DNA from: Phyllobates terribilis
Lineage: Eukaryota
Direction of reading: 5' to 3'
NCBI RefSeq assembly: GCF_046119375.1
Contig: NW_027362764.1
Location: forward strand, 383,594,001-383,658,000
DNA: 64,000 bases
Shown piece after piece: positions 9,601-21,396 of this stretch; the stretch's first letter is position 1, and each line of letters starts with the position of its first letter. The notes under the pieces were generated by a model. The model did not search any database. It was not told where the DNA came from and worked only from the letters and a program-made list of their open reading frames with translations. The translations under genes were made by a program, and so were the position numbers.

Positions 9601-11361
9601 TTAGTTCTAAAGATAAAATGTACGCTATATTCATAATAGATTATCTTGTGTTTATCAGGTGAGATTTCTCCCCTAACATTTAGCGTCAAGCACATACTTC
9701 AGGTATTCTCCATACACACAAACTCATATCCTGGCAGCCATTTACTAATACCTGTTTTTCACAAGGGCTCTAACTATGACAACCCTCTCTGTGATGTGTC
9801 CCATTGAGCCATGCTTTACCCCTACATGGGGACTGGATTTCAGCTATTGTTGCTATTGCTCCAAAGGAATTCCACACCTTCCCAGAACCAATACAAGACC
9901 TGACTACATCCTGCCCCAGTTTTAAGTTTACCTGTCTCACACACTATAGTTTCCTTCCAGGCTGACCATTTCTACAGCCCCAGCAGACTCGCAGGTCTAA
10001 CCAAACAGACTGACAATGCACCTTATCTACTACCAAGAAGATGGCAGCAGGAATTCCCACAGGCAATTTTCCCTATAACTCCTGACAGACTAAATAGTCA
10101 ATATCTTTAATTCCCGTCCATTATTCCAACTCAGCAATCTTCCTTTCACTCTCTGCCATAGGGGGACAAGTTACAACTACTGTTGATCAAGGTATTTGCA
10201 TTCATACTGCTTTGAGTAACGATATCGTGGTCTAGCACTTCACCATGTAAACCAGTTTCTCCCCGAGTTACTCCAGACCTCCCAAGATTATAGAATCCCT
10301 CTAGTCTCTTCCTACTAGTATGATGGTGCAACATCCTCTTCACCAAACTCTGTCCTTCAGCCAGCAAAAGGTTGTTCATGGGCCTAGCTAGGACAATGTT
10401 CTTCCTTTGTTACTGTCTTACAAAAGCTTTTCATTCCTTTCTACAGCCGTAGCAATACAACACATACATGAGGATTTACACACTAGCTGCACTTCCTGTC
10501 AAGCTGCCTGCTGTATCATGCTTCTGGGCACATCAATAAGTATCTTTCCATTTCAGTATTCCATTTTAATCTCATAATGTGATTTTTAATTTTACTTCAA
10601 CATTATTTTCATTCAAATATTCAATATAGTATGTTGTGGTTCTGGCTAGACTTCTTTTAAGATATCTGAGATATTTGAAAGGGATACAACTGTAGGAATG
10701 CAATGACACTCGGATGAGTAGCTGAATATATTTAGTTGTCAAAATAAAGAAAACTAATTTTATACAAGTAATTTCTGTCTGAAGCCGTCTGCAAAAAAAG
10801 TCTACCTCGGACAGATTTGGTGCTAGCTATTGCATCTTTCAAATCCCCAGCCTTCGCCCTTTAAAACCTGTACATGAATATGGACTTAAAATGGGGCCCC
10901 CTGGGTTGCATCCACAGAGTAACTGGTAGTTAATGGAGCAAGTCTGTGGCAAGGAAAGATAAACAAAGTCGGTAAAAGAAGACACAGAACTAAGGACTCA
11001 ATCAGAAAAAAATACCATAGTCAGAGGAATATTCAGGGTTAGATGTCAGTCAACACCAACCCGCCCTGTATGTTATGTTGTACTTTGTTTTCTGTAGGTT
11101 TAATTCCTATGTAGACTTCAATGTTTGTCAGTCTAAAGTATTGTATTTGTATACACTGTTTATTGTTATTTTCTTAAAACCAAATAAAATGATATTGCTT
11201 AAAAAAAAAAAGAAAGTCAGTCAACACCAAATTCAGACAACCTCAGGTCAGATAAATCGGTACGGGACATTACATTTTCCAAAAGGAAAATGCCAATAAG
11301 CCATTACAATAAGCAAATTAAAAGACTAGCATTGGCATTAAAATGTCAACTCAAAAAAGAA

Positions 11362-11748
11362 TGGAAACAAGGAGAAGAGTACCATTAGCATAAACGTCGA
11401 GGCGCTTCTTGTCACCATCATCCATCTGCGGTGCTTCCACATTCTGTTTGACCCTTTTGGTAAAACTCAGTTTAGGACGTGTTGTTTCTGTATACACTTT
11501 TATGTGGCTTATTTAAGTCTTCATACATACCTATTACATGTGGTCCTTCCCTAGGTATTTTGGAACCTTGCCTTCTGTGCACGGCATCTCCCTCCTTTTC
11601 AATGAGTCAAATCTATGGAACTGTTTTCCTTGGCACTATGCACTTTTGTTGTTAGGCTTTATTATAGCATTTACTTATTGTACTGTTTGTAACTAATAAA
11701 ATTTGACTTTTTTATGCTAATGGTACTCTTCTCGTCTCCTTGTTTCCA
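11362..11748. mobile_element. Penelope-like pLTR remnant with an inverted tail
   Basis: TGGAAACAAGGAGAAGAGTACCATTAGCATAAA (11362-11394) is the inverted copy of 11710-11748; junction reads AAACGTCG. Confidence 0.5.
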
Positions 11749-11859
11749 AACTCAGGTCAGATCAGGGGGAACATGGAGATGTGCATAAACAGTACAACAG
11801 AAGAATAGAAAAGAAAGACACATGAGCACAAAGGGTGATAATCTATAAACGAGGGTATG

Positions 11860-12058
11860 GTGTGAGATCTGCAAGGAGTTTGTATGTTCTCCCCGTGTTT
11901 GCAATGGTTTCCTCCGGGTTCTCCGGTTTCCTCCCACATTCCAAAGACTACTGATAGGGAATCTAGATTGTGAGCCCCAATGGGGACAGTGCCCATAATG
12001 TCTGTAAAGCGCTGTGGAATTAATGGCGCTATATAAGTGAGGAAAATAAATAAATATA
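11860..12058 (+). mobile_element. 5'-truncated V-SINE-like element
   Basis: GGAGTTTGTATGTTCTCCCCGTG..GGTTTCCTCCGGG..CTCCGGTTTCCTCCCACA core, then an L2-like tail TGGCGCTATATAA..AAATAAATAAAT. Confidence 0.8.
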
Positions 12059-12416
12059 TATGCTCAGCTGGTAGGGTTATATATGGCACAAACTCATAAA
12101 GAATCAGCGGCTACAGTCCTGTCTGCAGATAGATGTCCTTCTTCTGCATGTGATGTTCAAGAGTAGTGATGTGGTATGACATTTAGATGACCGCACTGCT
12201 GAGTAGAATCACAGGTTTCATGCACATAGATGTGAATAAAGCAGTTTTTATTACGCGTTTTTGGACCAAACAGGTACTTTTTAAAAAAAAAATTTCTTTA
12301 ATCGAATGTTTGTGCATGGAAACAGTGATTCTAGAACAAAAGAACAGCATCAGAGGACAAAGAGTAAACCAAGCACAATAACACCCAACAGTATGACTTT
12401 AATTATTGTGTGGTTC

Positions 12417-13521
12417 TGTGGCACCCTGCTGAGCATTGGTGCCACAGAACCCAGAATGGTGCATGGATGGACTTCTCCACAAGAGGCCCTCACACATTTA
12501 CAAACCTCCACCCTACCACCTCAGACCAGCAGAGGGAGCCCGATAGGGATATATATAGGGAGGGTGGAGCCAGGCAGCTCATTGAGTGAGAAGTTAGTCT
12601 CTCAGACACAGAGAGGGACAGAGCTCAGAGCTGAGCAGAGAGCGTGCTGACGCTCAGAGAGCAGCGAAGAGGCAGCAAGCTGGCTGCTGTGCTTAGGCGA
12701 GACAAGGCCTACAGCACGTGTGAAGGCCTAGTGAGGGCCTTGAGTGGGCCAAAGGCAAGAGGAGAAGGAAGAAGTAGCGAGGGGGCAGAGGAGCATACCA
12801 GGCACACCCCGAGATATATACCGGGCACCGGGTCTGCGCCTACAGGGACCCTTTACACCCAGTAGGAACCACCGGAACTCCTGGAGGACTACAGGTCCCA
12901 AGTTCACCAAACGCTGATTACAGTACCAGGGCTAGGAGTCACGGAGGCCCCAGCGTCCAGGGAGAGTGATCTCCAAGAGAAGGCCCTACCACCAGGTCAG
13001 CAGGTGCAAAGAGAGACAGTAACCGAGCTAGGCCTAGTTCCAGGCAGGCCAGAAGCTTAGTGAGTAAAGCAACGGATCTGGAGGCCCTATACCCGCTCAC
13101 TGGGGAGAGTCCAAAAGTGCGCCCTTCGCCCGGAGTACCCTGGACCGTGCCTGCAACATCACCAGTAAAGGTACTGAAGCTTACCCCCGTGTGATTGTCC
13201 GTCTTTCCTCCGGGACCGTCCTGCTGTCTCTCCCCTGCACCACCATCCATTGCACCCCATGCTGCCCTGGAGCTAGCTCTACCTGTGGAGAGCCACACCA
13301 TCCCTGCTGCCGTAACACCAGCTCCAGAGGACTGCTCCGCAGCGGCGGCACCCCTTAGCAGCATTCCACAGGTGGCGTCACGAACACTTAAGTCCCCTAT
13401 AACCATTCCCTTTTTTTACTGACCGTCCTGGGTCACGGACTGGGCCAGCCACCGTGATATCCCCCACCGGCATCCACAGAGGTCCGGCTGCCGAGTACCC
13501 CACGGCCCAGGGGGCGCGTCA
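12417..13521 (+). mobile_element. Gypsy-type solo LTR
   Basis: TGTGGCACCC..GGGGCGCGTCA termini, 4-bp TSD GTTC, TATA-like GATATATATAGGG. Confidence 0.9.
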
Positions 13522-14499
13522 GTTCTGCCCCATTTGCCACAGCAGAGAACCAAGTACACCTGTTGAGCTGCTAGATAGCATGTGCCAATTCTGTCTGTCT
13601 GTGCAGCAGCATAAGTCCCAGCCACGCAAGTATCTATGGCTGGACAGTGCATGCTATTGATATAGGGCCTGACATTTCTTCCATCAGCAGCGCCATCCAC
13701 AGAGTGAATTCCCGTGGCACTTGGCTACAGAAGCAGATGTTGCTGGTGAAGGTTCAGGTGCAGATGAAACAATACAAGTTATTTTTGTGCTCTTAGTTTT
13801 TGCCCCTAGCAATGGAAATTCCACTTTTGGGGGCTGCAGAAGTACAATACACAGTCTCTAAACCACAAGGCACAGATACTTTAATTTTACAATACCCTTT
13901 TTACAGTTCTTCAAGACATTTCTTACTTACAATTCTACAGACCTGTCTGGCTTCATTCCCTTTACAGGACATTCACATAATGTGTAACTCTGTTACCACT
14001 CATGCATGCATCTTCAGCTAGGGGGTGGCACCCCTTGTCTACTTTCATCAGCCCCATAACTTCACATAATAATATCTGTCTGCTCACTCCAGCACACAAA
14101 ACACCATCAATACACAAGGTCTAACCACCAAATAAAAACATCATCAATAAAATAATAAGTGCCACAACTGGATAGGTGGAGGGTCTACAAGGTAAACGAA
14201 AGGGCTTGTCTATTAAGAGAGGGTAAACACCCCTTGCCTATACAAACCCTATATATAGACCCATCCTTTTAAGAACTGACATACTAGGAACTCTGTTACT
14301 GGTCAGCATGGGACAGACCAGTACAGCAATGACTTCCCTGTGTTAGGACATCAGTCCTATAAGACAAGTTCTGCGGATAAACAGTTTAGTCTACCCAGTC
14401 AACCCAGTCGACCTAGTTCCTTGTCTGAGTATGGTTGGATACTCAGTTGCACCTGCATCGTGATATCATCCACAGCTTCCCATCCCAGTCTGACATATG

Positions 14500-15497
14500 T
14501 GACGCACCCCTGGGCCTGTGTCGCGCAGCGCTGCGCACGCGGGAGCTTACCCGGAGCCAGATCTGTTGAGGGTTGTAGTCTCGTGGCGGTGACCCGGTCC
14601 GTGCCCAGGGAGTCAGACTAAGTGGCGCTGTATTAGCGGTAGATGTTGGACGACTACGAAACCCGTTGAATGCAGCGAAGGAGCTGCCGCTGCAGGGCAG
14701 ACCGCTGAGGCCGGTGGTAGGATTGTGCAGCGTGATAGTATCACCCCCACCGGGAGGGGTATGGCCTCAGGGCAGCCGACGTGGATGATGGGGTAGCAGG
14801 AATCACTCAGAGACGATGCGGTGTAATTCAGGGTCTTTACTGGTGATAAAGATAGACCCTCCCGGAGTACTGGCTAGCGATCGGGGCCTGGTCAGTCCTT
14901 GAGCAGATGGGATCTCCCCTGGCCAGGCGGAGTTGTAGGCCTCCCAAACTGACTGTACTCTTCTGGCTACCTTGCTAGAGGCGGGTATAAGTAGCCCACG
15001 TCCCTGAGTGTACCGTGTGGTGCTCACCCGTATGGCCGGTGACTCGGGGCCTTCTAGTGGCGTCCGCTCCACGACGGCGGTGCTGGTCCCACGCGTGTGA
15101 CCGTGCCTTCGGGTTTCTTGGCCAGAGGACCTGAAATCCCCTGCCGGGCGGTTTCTGCTGCTGGGTAAAGATTAGTCCCCACAGCCTCGGACTCCGGGTC
15201 CGGTGATAGCTTCTCAGTCAGGGCGAGCTCTGCAGCTGCCAGCCCCTGACTCCTTATAGCACTGCTCCCACAGAGCTCCTGATGTTCTTTTCCTATATCT
15301 GCTTCTCTTCTCTGTCTCTACTTCTCTCTCTCCCCCTAACCCTGCCTCAGCCCCAGGTTTATATAGGGGAAGTTCTTCCCCTCCCAGGACTGGGCAGGAG
15401 GTGTGGCATGCATAAGATCCCTGACCAAGAGACCTCCCACCTGCTCTCAGACATAATATTGCTATTATTGTGGAGACCAGACCCCTGGGGTGCCACA
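14500..15497 (-). repeat. 3' LTR (998 bp)
   Basis: TGACGCACCCC..GGGGTGCCACA imperfect terminal inverted repeats; short polypurine tract CTAGGGGGAA adjacent on the minus strand (15498-15507). Confidence 0.95.
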
Positions 15498-15991
15498 TTC
15501 CCCCCTAGTGAAATTTAGTACTCCGGGACTAAACATATTTTACAAAAACATAACAGGGTATAACAACAACAATAAAATACAATAAGGAAACACATAAAGA
15601 TGGTCACGGTGTGTCCGCAACCGGGTGCAGTCTTTGAAGAAAACAAAGGTGTCCATTTCACCAAAACAGGGAGACGTAACCAGGTAGGGGTCTGTCCTGC
15701 CCCGAGTCCTTAACAGTCTTTAGTCCGTCCTGGGTTACGCTCCAACCATGTACAAGGATTCCCGGTAAATCCACCAAGGACTCCTATAAATAACTAGAAA
15801 CACATAATTATACACAAGCAACAAGAAAAACAGGTAACCACAAATAAAACAGTTTATACACTTCAAATCCTCCAACGTGCGGGTAACTGGCCTCTAGTGG
15901 CCCTAGTGGACCTACGGAGCTGACTGTCTAGCCCTGAACTACAGGGTGTAGGAGCTGTCAAGGGTAAACTGGGCAGCTGTCTACCGGCTCT

Positions 15992-18900
15992 TTAGCTCAC
16001 TAGGGGTACGGCAGGCTCACTATAAGCAGAGGGTTGATCCTCCTGTTCTGCTTGTGTGGAGTCTTCTGCCTCCTGGACCGGCTGCTCTTCCAGCTCTACC
16101 TGTTGCTCCGTAGGCACTTGGGATGCTGGTTGGAGGAACGTGAGGACGGGTACCACAACTGCACCATTGACTTGAGTCCAGGACCGAGGGAAGTCTCCGA
16201 GCACAGTACTAACCATATCTTCCCTTTCCTCTACGGGTCGATGGTCTTCTTGTTCCTCTTCAGGGTTCCGTAGCTGTTCAGGACACTTCTTCAGGTGATC
16301 CCGGGATACAATGGCTATGGTCTCCCCTCCGTCTTTACTGATGGTACAGACTTTCGGGTTCTCGTGGCTTGAGGGCAGTACGGTGTACGGGTCCTTCTCC
16401 CACTGGTCGTCCAACTTGTGGAGCCGTCTTTTCCTCTTCAAGACCTGCTCTCTGGGTACCAGGGGAACAGCGGGAGCATACTGGTTGTAAGTTTTCTCTT
16501 GTCTTTCCCTAGCCTGACAGAGACTTCGCTCCACGCTCTCCTGTACTTTCCGGTACTGCTGCTGCCTCTCTGTGTCCCAGTCTGCCTCTGGTGAAGTGTC
16601 CTCGGGTGTCAGGACTCCCATTTCCAGGTCAACAGGTAACTTACCAGGTCTCGCCCTCATTAGGTAAGCCGGGGTACAGTTGGTGGAACCTACCGGGATG
16701 TGGTTGTATAGGTCCACCAGATCGGGCAGCTTCTCAGGCCACAGACTGCGTTCTTCCAGGGGCAACATTTTCAGGAGATCCATTACCACCTGGTTCATTT
16801 TCTCACAAAGTCCATTAGTTTGCGGATGATAGGGTGTCGTCCTTATCTTCCGGCAGCCATACAGATTGCAGAATTCCTGGAACACCTCCGCTTCAAAGGC
16901 AGGTCCCTGGTCCGTCAGCACTTGGTCCGGGTACCCGTGTGGGCGGCAGAAGTGCTGCTGGAAGGCTCTAGCTGCTGTTTGAGCCGTTAAGTCCTTAACG
17001 GGGACGACAACCAAGAACCGGGAGTAATGATCCACAATGGTTAACGCGTAGACGTAGCCACTTCTGCTTGGGGTCAGTTTTACATGATCCAAGGCTACCA
17101 GTTCCAACGGCTGCCGGGTGACGATGGACTGCAGGGGAGTCTTCTGGCTGGCACGGTCCTTCCTTCTTAGGTTGCACGGGCCACAGTCTCTGCACCACCT
17201 CTCGATGGTTCCCCTCATGCCTACCCAGTGGAACCGCCCACGCAGCAGGAACTCCAGCTTCTTCCATCCGAAGTGTCCAGCCCCGTCGTGGTATGCTTCC
17301 ATCACCATGGCTGCGTCTCTCCGTGGCACCACTACTTGCCAGATTAGTTCATGCGTCCGGGAGTTAACCATTCTGCGGCACAACTTCCCCTTGTAAAGTA
17401 ACAGTCGACTCTTCTCAGCCCACAGTTGCTTGGCTTCCTCCGGAGCGTCTGGGTCAAGGCGAGCCTCTGGCCGAGTCAGCATCTCCTTCACCAGCCGGAT
17501 GGCAGGGTCACTGTCTTGCGTTTCCTCCCAGTTGTAGTGAGGCAAGGGGTTAAACGTAGCGGCTTGCTTACTCCTTACCCGATGGGAATACTGGATAGTC
17601 CCATGACGGTGGAACGCGGGGAGTTCGACTTCTTCCAGTCCCTCTGGATCTTCTCCTACGTCCGGTAGGTTTGGCATCCTGGACAGGGCGTCCGCGTTGG
17701 TATTGGAGCGTCCTGCCCGGTATTTGATTGTGAACTCGTAGTTGGACAGACGGGCCATCCATCTCTGCTCTAGGGCACCGAGTCTTGCCGTGTCCAGGTG
17801 TGTCAACGGGTTGTTATCCGTGTACACGGTGAACCGGGAAGAAGCGAGGTAGTGCTTAAAGCGTTCGGTGACTGCCCACACCACTGCCAGGAACTCTAGC
17901 TTAAATGAGCTGTAATTCTCAGGGTTTCTTTCGGTGGATCGCAGTTTTCGGCTAGTGTAAGCGATTACTCGTTCTTTCCCCTGCTGGATCTGGGACAGTA
18001 CGGCTCCTAGCCCGATGTTACTTGCGTCGGTGTAGAGGATAAAGGGCTGGCTGTAATCAGGGTACGCCAGGATTTCATCCCCCGTGAGGGCCATCTTCAG
18101 CTGGCGGAAGGACTCTTCTTCTACCTTCTCCCATTTGAAGGGCGGCTTCTGGTTCTTGGCCTTCCGGGACTGGCCTATCAGGAGGTCCTGCATAGGCGCT
18201 GCCTTTTTGGTGAAACCGGGGATGAATCTGCGGTAATAGCCTACCAACTCGAGGAACTGCCGCACTTCCTTTACACTGGAGGGACTTGGCCATTCCTTAA
18301 TTGCGGTGATCTTATCAGGGTCGGGAGCCACTCCGTCAGCGCTCACCACGTGTCCCAGGTACTGCACCTTTGGTTTCAAGAGGTGACACTTGGAGGGTTT
18401 TACCTTTAAGCCGTAGCTTGCCAGAGCTTCGAACACTTCCGCCAGGTGTTTCAGGTGGTCCTCATAAGTCTTGGAATATACAATGACATCGTCCAGGTAC
18501 AACAGGACCGTCTCGAAGTTTCTGTTGCCCAGACAGCACTCCATTAATCGTTGGAAGGTTCCCGGTGCGTTGCAGAGTCTGAACGGCATACAGGTAAACT
18601 CGCTAAGTCCCATCGGGGTGGTGAATGCGGTCTTCTCCCGGTCCACCTCTGCTACAGGAACCTGCCAGTACCCGCTAGTGAGATCCAAGGTAGAGAAGAA
18701 GTTAGCAGATCTTAAAGCAGCCAAAGACTCCTCTATCCTTGGTAAGGGGTACGCATCCTTGTGTGTGATACGGTTAATTTTCCGGTAATCTACACATATC
18801 CTCATGGTGTTGTCTTTCTTTTTGACTAAGACTAGTGGAGCTGCCCAGGGGCTACAGCTATTCCTGATCACCCCAGCCTCCTTCATGTCCCTAAGCATCC

Positions 18901-19999
18901 CCTTGGCGTGTTGGTAGTGTGCAGGGGGTACGGGTCGATACCTCTCTTTTATAGGAAGATGGTCTCCCGTGGGGATGTGGTGTTCTACCCCCTTGACTCG
19001 CCCGAAGTCTAACGGGTGTTTACTAAACACTCTCTCGTACTCTTGAACCACCCGATAGACTCCCTGTTTCTGGTGTGAGGGAGTGGAGTCAGTACCCAAA
19101 TGTAGTTGCTGACACCAGTCCTCCATTGTTTCCTTAGAGCCGTTACCTTCCTCCGGGGAAGATGGAGGCAAGGGTTCTACGGACTGTATGGAATTTTGAT
19201 TGATGGTATACAATTTGGCTAGCGTGGCATACCGGGGCAGGTACACTTCCCTGTTCCCGATATTTATTATGCGAACGGGCACCCTCCCATGGCGTACATT
19301 GACCACCCCCCGTGCTGTCAAAATGGTGGGCCTACTGTCTGAGTAAACTGGTTCTACCATTGCCTGGTAATCTCTACCTCTCAGACCAATAGCTGCCCGG
19401 CACCAAATCATCATTTCACTTTTTGGGGGCATGGCAATAGGGAAAGGGTCACACATTCTTACGCTACCAATCTCACCACCGGAGAGTTCTATCTGTTGCC
19501 GTCGCATCAGTGCCCGGATCTCTTTCTGGAGCACTCGCTGCTGGCCGGAGCTGGCGTTCTTGGCAACCTGTTGTAAAAGGAAAATCACCTCTGCAAGACA
19601 ATTTTCAATTACATTAGTTCCTAGAGTTATCTTTGGGTGACTCTCGTGTTTGTCAATGTCTACAATGATCAGTCCCTGTGCTGCCAGTTCGACTCTACCG
19701 ATTTTAATGGTCACCTCTTTAAATCCAATCTGTGGCACGGGCTGACCATTGCTGGCGATGATACTCAAGTCGTCGTCAGGGTAGCGGGTGATATCCGAGT
19801 CATTCCAGTACTGCTTGAAGAGCACGTACGGGATAGTGGTAACCTGTGACCCGGTGTCCAGTAGGGCACTCATGGGGATGCCATCCAGTACCACGGGCAA
19901 GACTGGACGCCCTCCCACATATTTGTCGCGCCAGTTCGATGGGCCTGATGATCTTTTTCCTGGGGTTTGGCCCTCTACCCCAGGTTGTGCCAGTTTAAA
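15992..19999 (-). CDS. pol: Gypsy pol (PR-RT-RNaseH-IN), expressed by -1 frameshift; premature stop near the C-terminus
   Basis: LLDTGSQ (protease), YLDD (RT), YTDAS (RNase H), H-H-C-C zinc finger and D..D..E (LDH, TDQG, GLCEK). The ORF track lists 15992-20119; the true start is at the slippery site. Confidence 0.93.
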   Translation of the reverse strand, partial: FKLAQPGVEGQTPGKRSSGPSNWRDKYVGGRPVLPVVLDGIPMSALLDTGSQVTTIPYVLFKQYWNDSDITRYPDDDLSIIASNGQPVPQIGFKEVTIKIGRVELAAQGLIIVDIDKHESHPKITLGTNVIENCLAEVIFLLQQVAKNASSGQQRVLQKEIRALMRRQQIELSGGEIGSVRMCDPFPIAMPPKSEMMIWCRAAIGLRGRDYQAMVEPVYSDSRPTILTARGVVNVRHGRVPVRIINIGNREVYLPRYATLAKLYTINQNSIQSVEPLPPSSPEEGNGSKETMEDWCQQLHLGTDSTPSHQKQGVYRVVQEYERVFSKHPLDFGRVKGVEHHIPTGDHLPIKERYRPVPPAHYQHAKGMLRDMKEAGVIRNSCSPWAAPLVLVKKKDNTMRICVDYRKINRITHKDAYPLPRIEESLAALRSANFFSTLDLTSGYWQVPVAEVDREKTAFTTPMGLSEFTCMPFRLCNAPGTFQRLMECCLGNRNFETVLLYLDDVIVYSKTYEDHLKHLAEVFEALASYGLKVKPSKCHLLKPKVQYLGHVVSADGVAPDPDKITAIKEWPSPSSVKEVRQFLELVGYYRRFIPGFTKKAAPMQDLLIGQSRKAKNQKPPFKWEKVEEESFRQLKMALTGDEILAYPDYSQPFILYTDASNIGLGAVLSQIQQGKERVIAYTSRKLRSTERNPENYSSFKLEFLAVVWAVTERFKHYLASSRFTVYTDNNPLTHLDTARLGALEQRWMARLSNYEFTIKYRAGRSNTNADALSRMPNLPDVGEDPEGLEEVELPAFHRHGTIQYSHRVRSKQAATFNPLPHYNWEETQDSDPAIRLVKEMLTRPEARLDPDAPEEAKQLWAEKSRLLLYKGKLCRRMVNSRTHELIWQVVVPRRDAAMVMEAYHDGAGHFGWKKLEFLLRGRFHWVGMRGTIERWCRDCGPCNLRRKDRASQKTPLQSIVTRQPLELVALDHVKLTPSRSGYVYALTIVDHYSRFLVVVPVKDLTAQTAARAFQQHFCRPHGYPDQVLTDQGPAFEAEVFQEFCNLYGCRKIRTTPYHPQTNGLCEKMNQVVMDLLKMLPLEERSLWPEKLPDLVDLYNHIPVGSTNCTPAYLMRARPGKLPVDLEMGVLTPEDTSPEADWDTERQQQYRKVQESVERSLCQARERQEKTYNQYAPAVPLVPREQVLKRKRRLHKLDDQWEKDPYTVLPSSHENPKVCTISKDGGETIAIVSRDHLKKCPEQLRNPEEEQEDHRPVEEREDMVSTVLGDFPRSWTQVNGAVVVPVLTFLQPASQVPTEQQVELEEQPVQEAEDSTQAEQEDQPSAYSEPAVPLVS

Positions 20000-20955
20000 G
20001 GACAGTACCTTGCCATATGTCCGGGTTGATTGCAGCGGCGGCAGATGGGTTGTCCGTCCTCGTTGTATCGGTCGCTGGGTCTTCCTCTGGCCGGTGGGGT
20101 CCTCCTTCGTCGACGCCACGGGATGTCCTCCGGTCCGGATGCCAGCTGGATCTTCCCTGGAGTGGAAACCTGTAAAGACTGCACAGTTCGGGTTAGCGCG
20201 GCAACGCTTTTAGCTAGCTCTTGGACCTGATGGTGCAGGTCTGGAGCCGGGTCATTGTTCAAAGCCTGCGCATCAGCTCCCACAGGCCCTGCCGACAAGG
20301 GTGCCGCTTCCTGGTGGTAAGTGGTAGTGGGGCGTCTGTGGGTCACAACGCCACCTGGTGCCGGTTCTCGGAGCACCCGGATGGCTCTGTCCTTGAACTG
20401 TGCAAATCCCAGATGAGGGTCCTGTAAGGCCATTGCCCGCAACTGGGTTCGGTGGGCATTGCAATATAAACCCTCTATAAATTGTTCAGTCAACAGCCTG
20501 TCCTCGTCTCCCACGCCGTCAGGGTCGGTCTGCTTAATGGCTCTCAGGGCCTCTTGTAGGTTCAGGGCATAGTCCCTTATACTCTCATGTGCCCGCTGTT
20601 TGCACCCGTAGAATCTAAGCTTGATCTCGGCTGAGGTGCGGGTATCAAAGGTGTTCCTCAGCCGGGTTAGTATCTCTGCGACAGTCCTCCTCCCAGGTGG
20701 CCAGGACTTTACCTCCCTTTGGGCTGCCCCGGTTAATTGGGCCACCAGGATGCTCACTTTTTGCTCCTCTGTGAGGGGATACACCTGGAAGAGGCTATCC
20801 AGCTTTTCTCTAAAGTCATGCAGGGTATGTGACTCCCCTGAGTACTGGGGTAGCCAGGCTGCCCCCGGGATATAGGGCATGGTGAAAGGCATGACCGCAA
20901 CAGCGGTGGCGCTGGCGGGGGTTGAAGCGGTGAAGCTCTCCTCCGTATCCGACAT
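19975..20955 (-). CDS. gag: Gypsy gag, 326 aa
   Basis: Capsid-like region (PNMA/Ty3-like) and a C-terminal CCHC knuckle CRRCNQPGHMARYC; overlaps the pol frame. Confidence 0.92.
   Translation of the reverse strand: MSDTEESFTASTPASATAVAVMPFTMPYIPGAAWLPQYSGESHTLHDFREKLDSLFQVYPLTEEQKVSILVAQLTGAAQREVKSWPPGRRTVAEILTRLRNTFDTRTSAEIKLRFYGCKQRAHESIRDYALNLQEALRAIKQTDPDGVGDEDRLLTEQFIEGLYCNAHRTQLRAMALQDPHLGFAQFKDRAIRVLREPAPGGVVTHRRPTTTYHQEAAPLSAGPVGADAQALNNDPAPDLHHQVQELAKSVAALTRTVQSLQVSTPGKIQLASGPEDIPWRRRRRTPPARGRPSDRYNEDGQPICRRCNQPGHMARYCPLNWHNLG
19993..19999 (-). promoter_or_regulatory. -1 ribosomal frameshift slippery heptamer T TTA AAC
   Basis: gag reads CCT TTA AAC TGG (PLNW) and pol reads TCC TTT AAA CTG (SFKL); X XXY YYZ pattern just before the gag stop. 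Confidence 0.85.
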
Positions 20956-21373
20956 CCTTCTCCCCCCTAGTGGACCGTGGCCTACCTTGCGATGATCCTC
21001 TTCCGTAGGCCGCGGCTCCGCAGTGGATCGTCAGGGTTGAGGACCTTCCGTCGCGCTCCTGTGACGTCGGCGTCTGCTGGGCTCCTTCCAGGACCTTACG
21101 CAACGTCCGGATGTGAGGCGGGGCTTCAGTTCTCGCGCGCTTTCGGAGTCCACGCCCCTCTTCTTCCCGCGCGGCATCTTCAAGATGGCGTCCAACGGCG
21201 GGAAAACTCCACGGATGGCGGGAAGAAGGCAGAAGATGGCGCCGGATGGCGGGAAAACTTCGCGGATGGCGGGAAGAAGACAGAAGATGGCGCCGGATGG
21301 CGGGAATCTTCACCACTGGTAAGTTTGAACAGTCTTTTTCAGGCACGCAGTACCCGGTGGTTGCGGGCACGAG

Positions 21374-21391
21374 ATCCTGCCGACTACGCCA
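21374..21391 (-). promoter_or_regulatory. Primer binding site complementary to the 3' end of tRNA-Ser
   Basis: The minus strand reads TGGCGTAGTCGGCAGGAT 5 nt from the LTR; it matches the recalled vertebrate tRNA-Ser 3' end ATCCTGCCGACTACGCCA. Confidence 0.88.
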
Positions 21392-21396
21392 AAAGT

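Noticed and set aside
20816-21370. Upstream 184-aa ORF as an extra retroviral gene; env gene
   Set aside because: It runs through the leader tandem repeat and has no motifs; the region between pol and the PPT is only ~400 bp, leaving no room for env.
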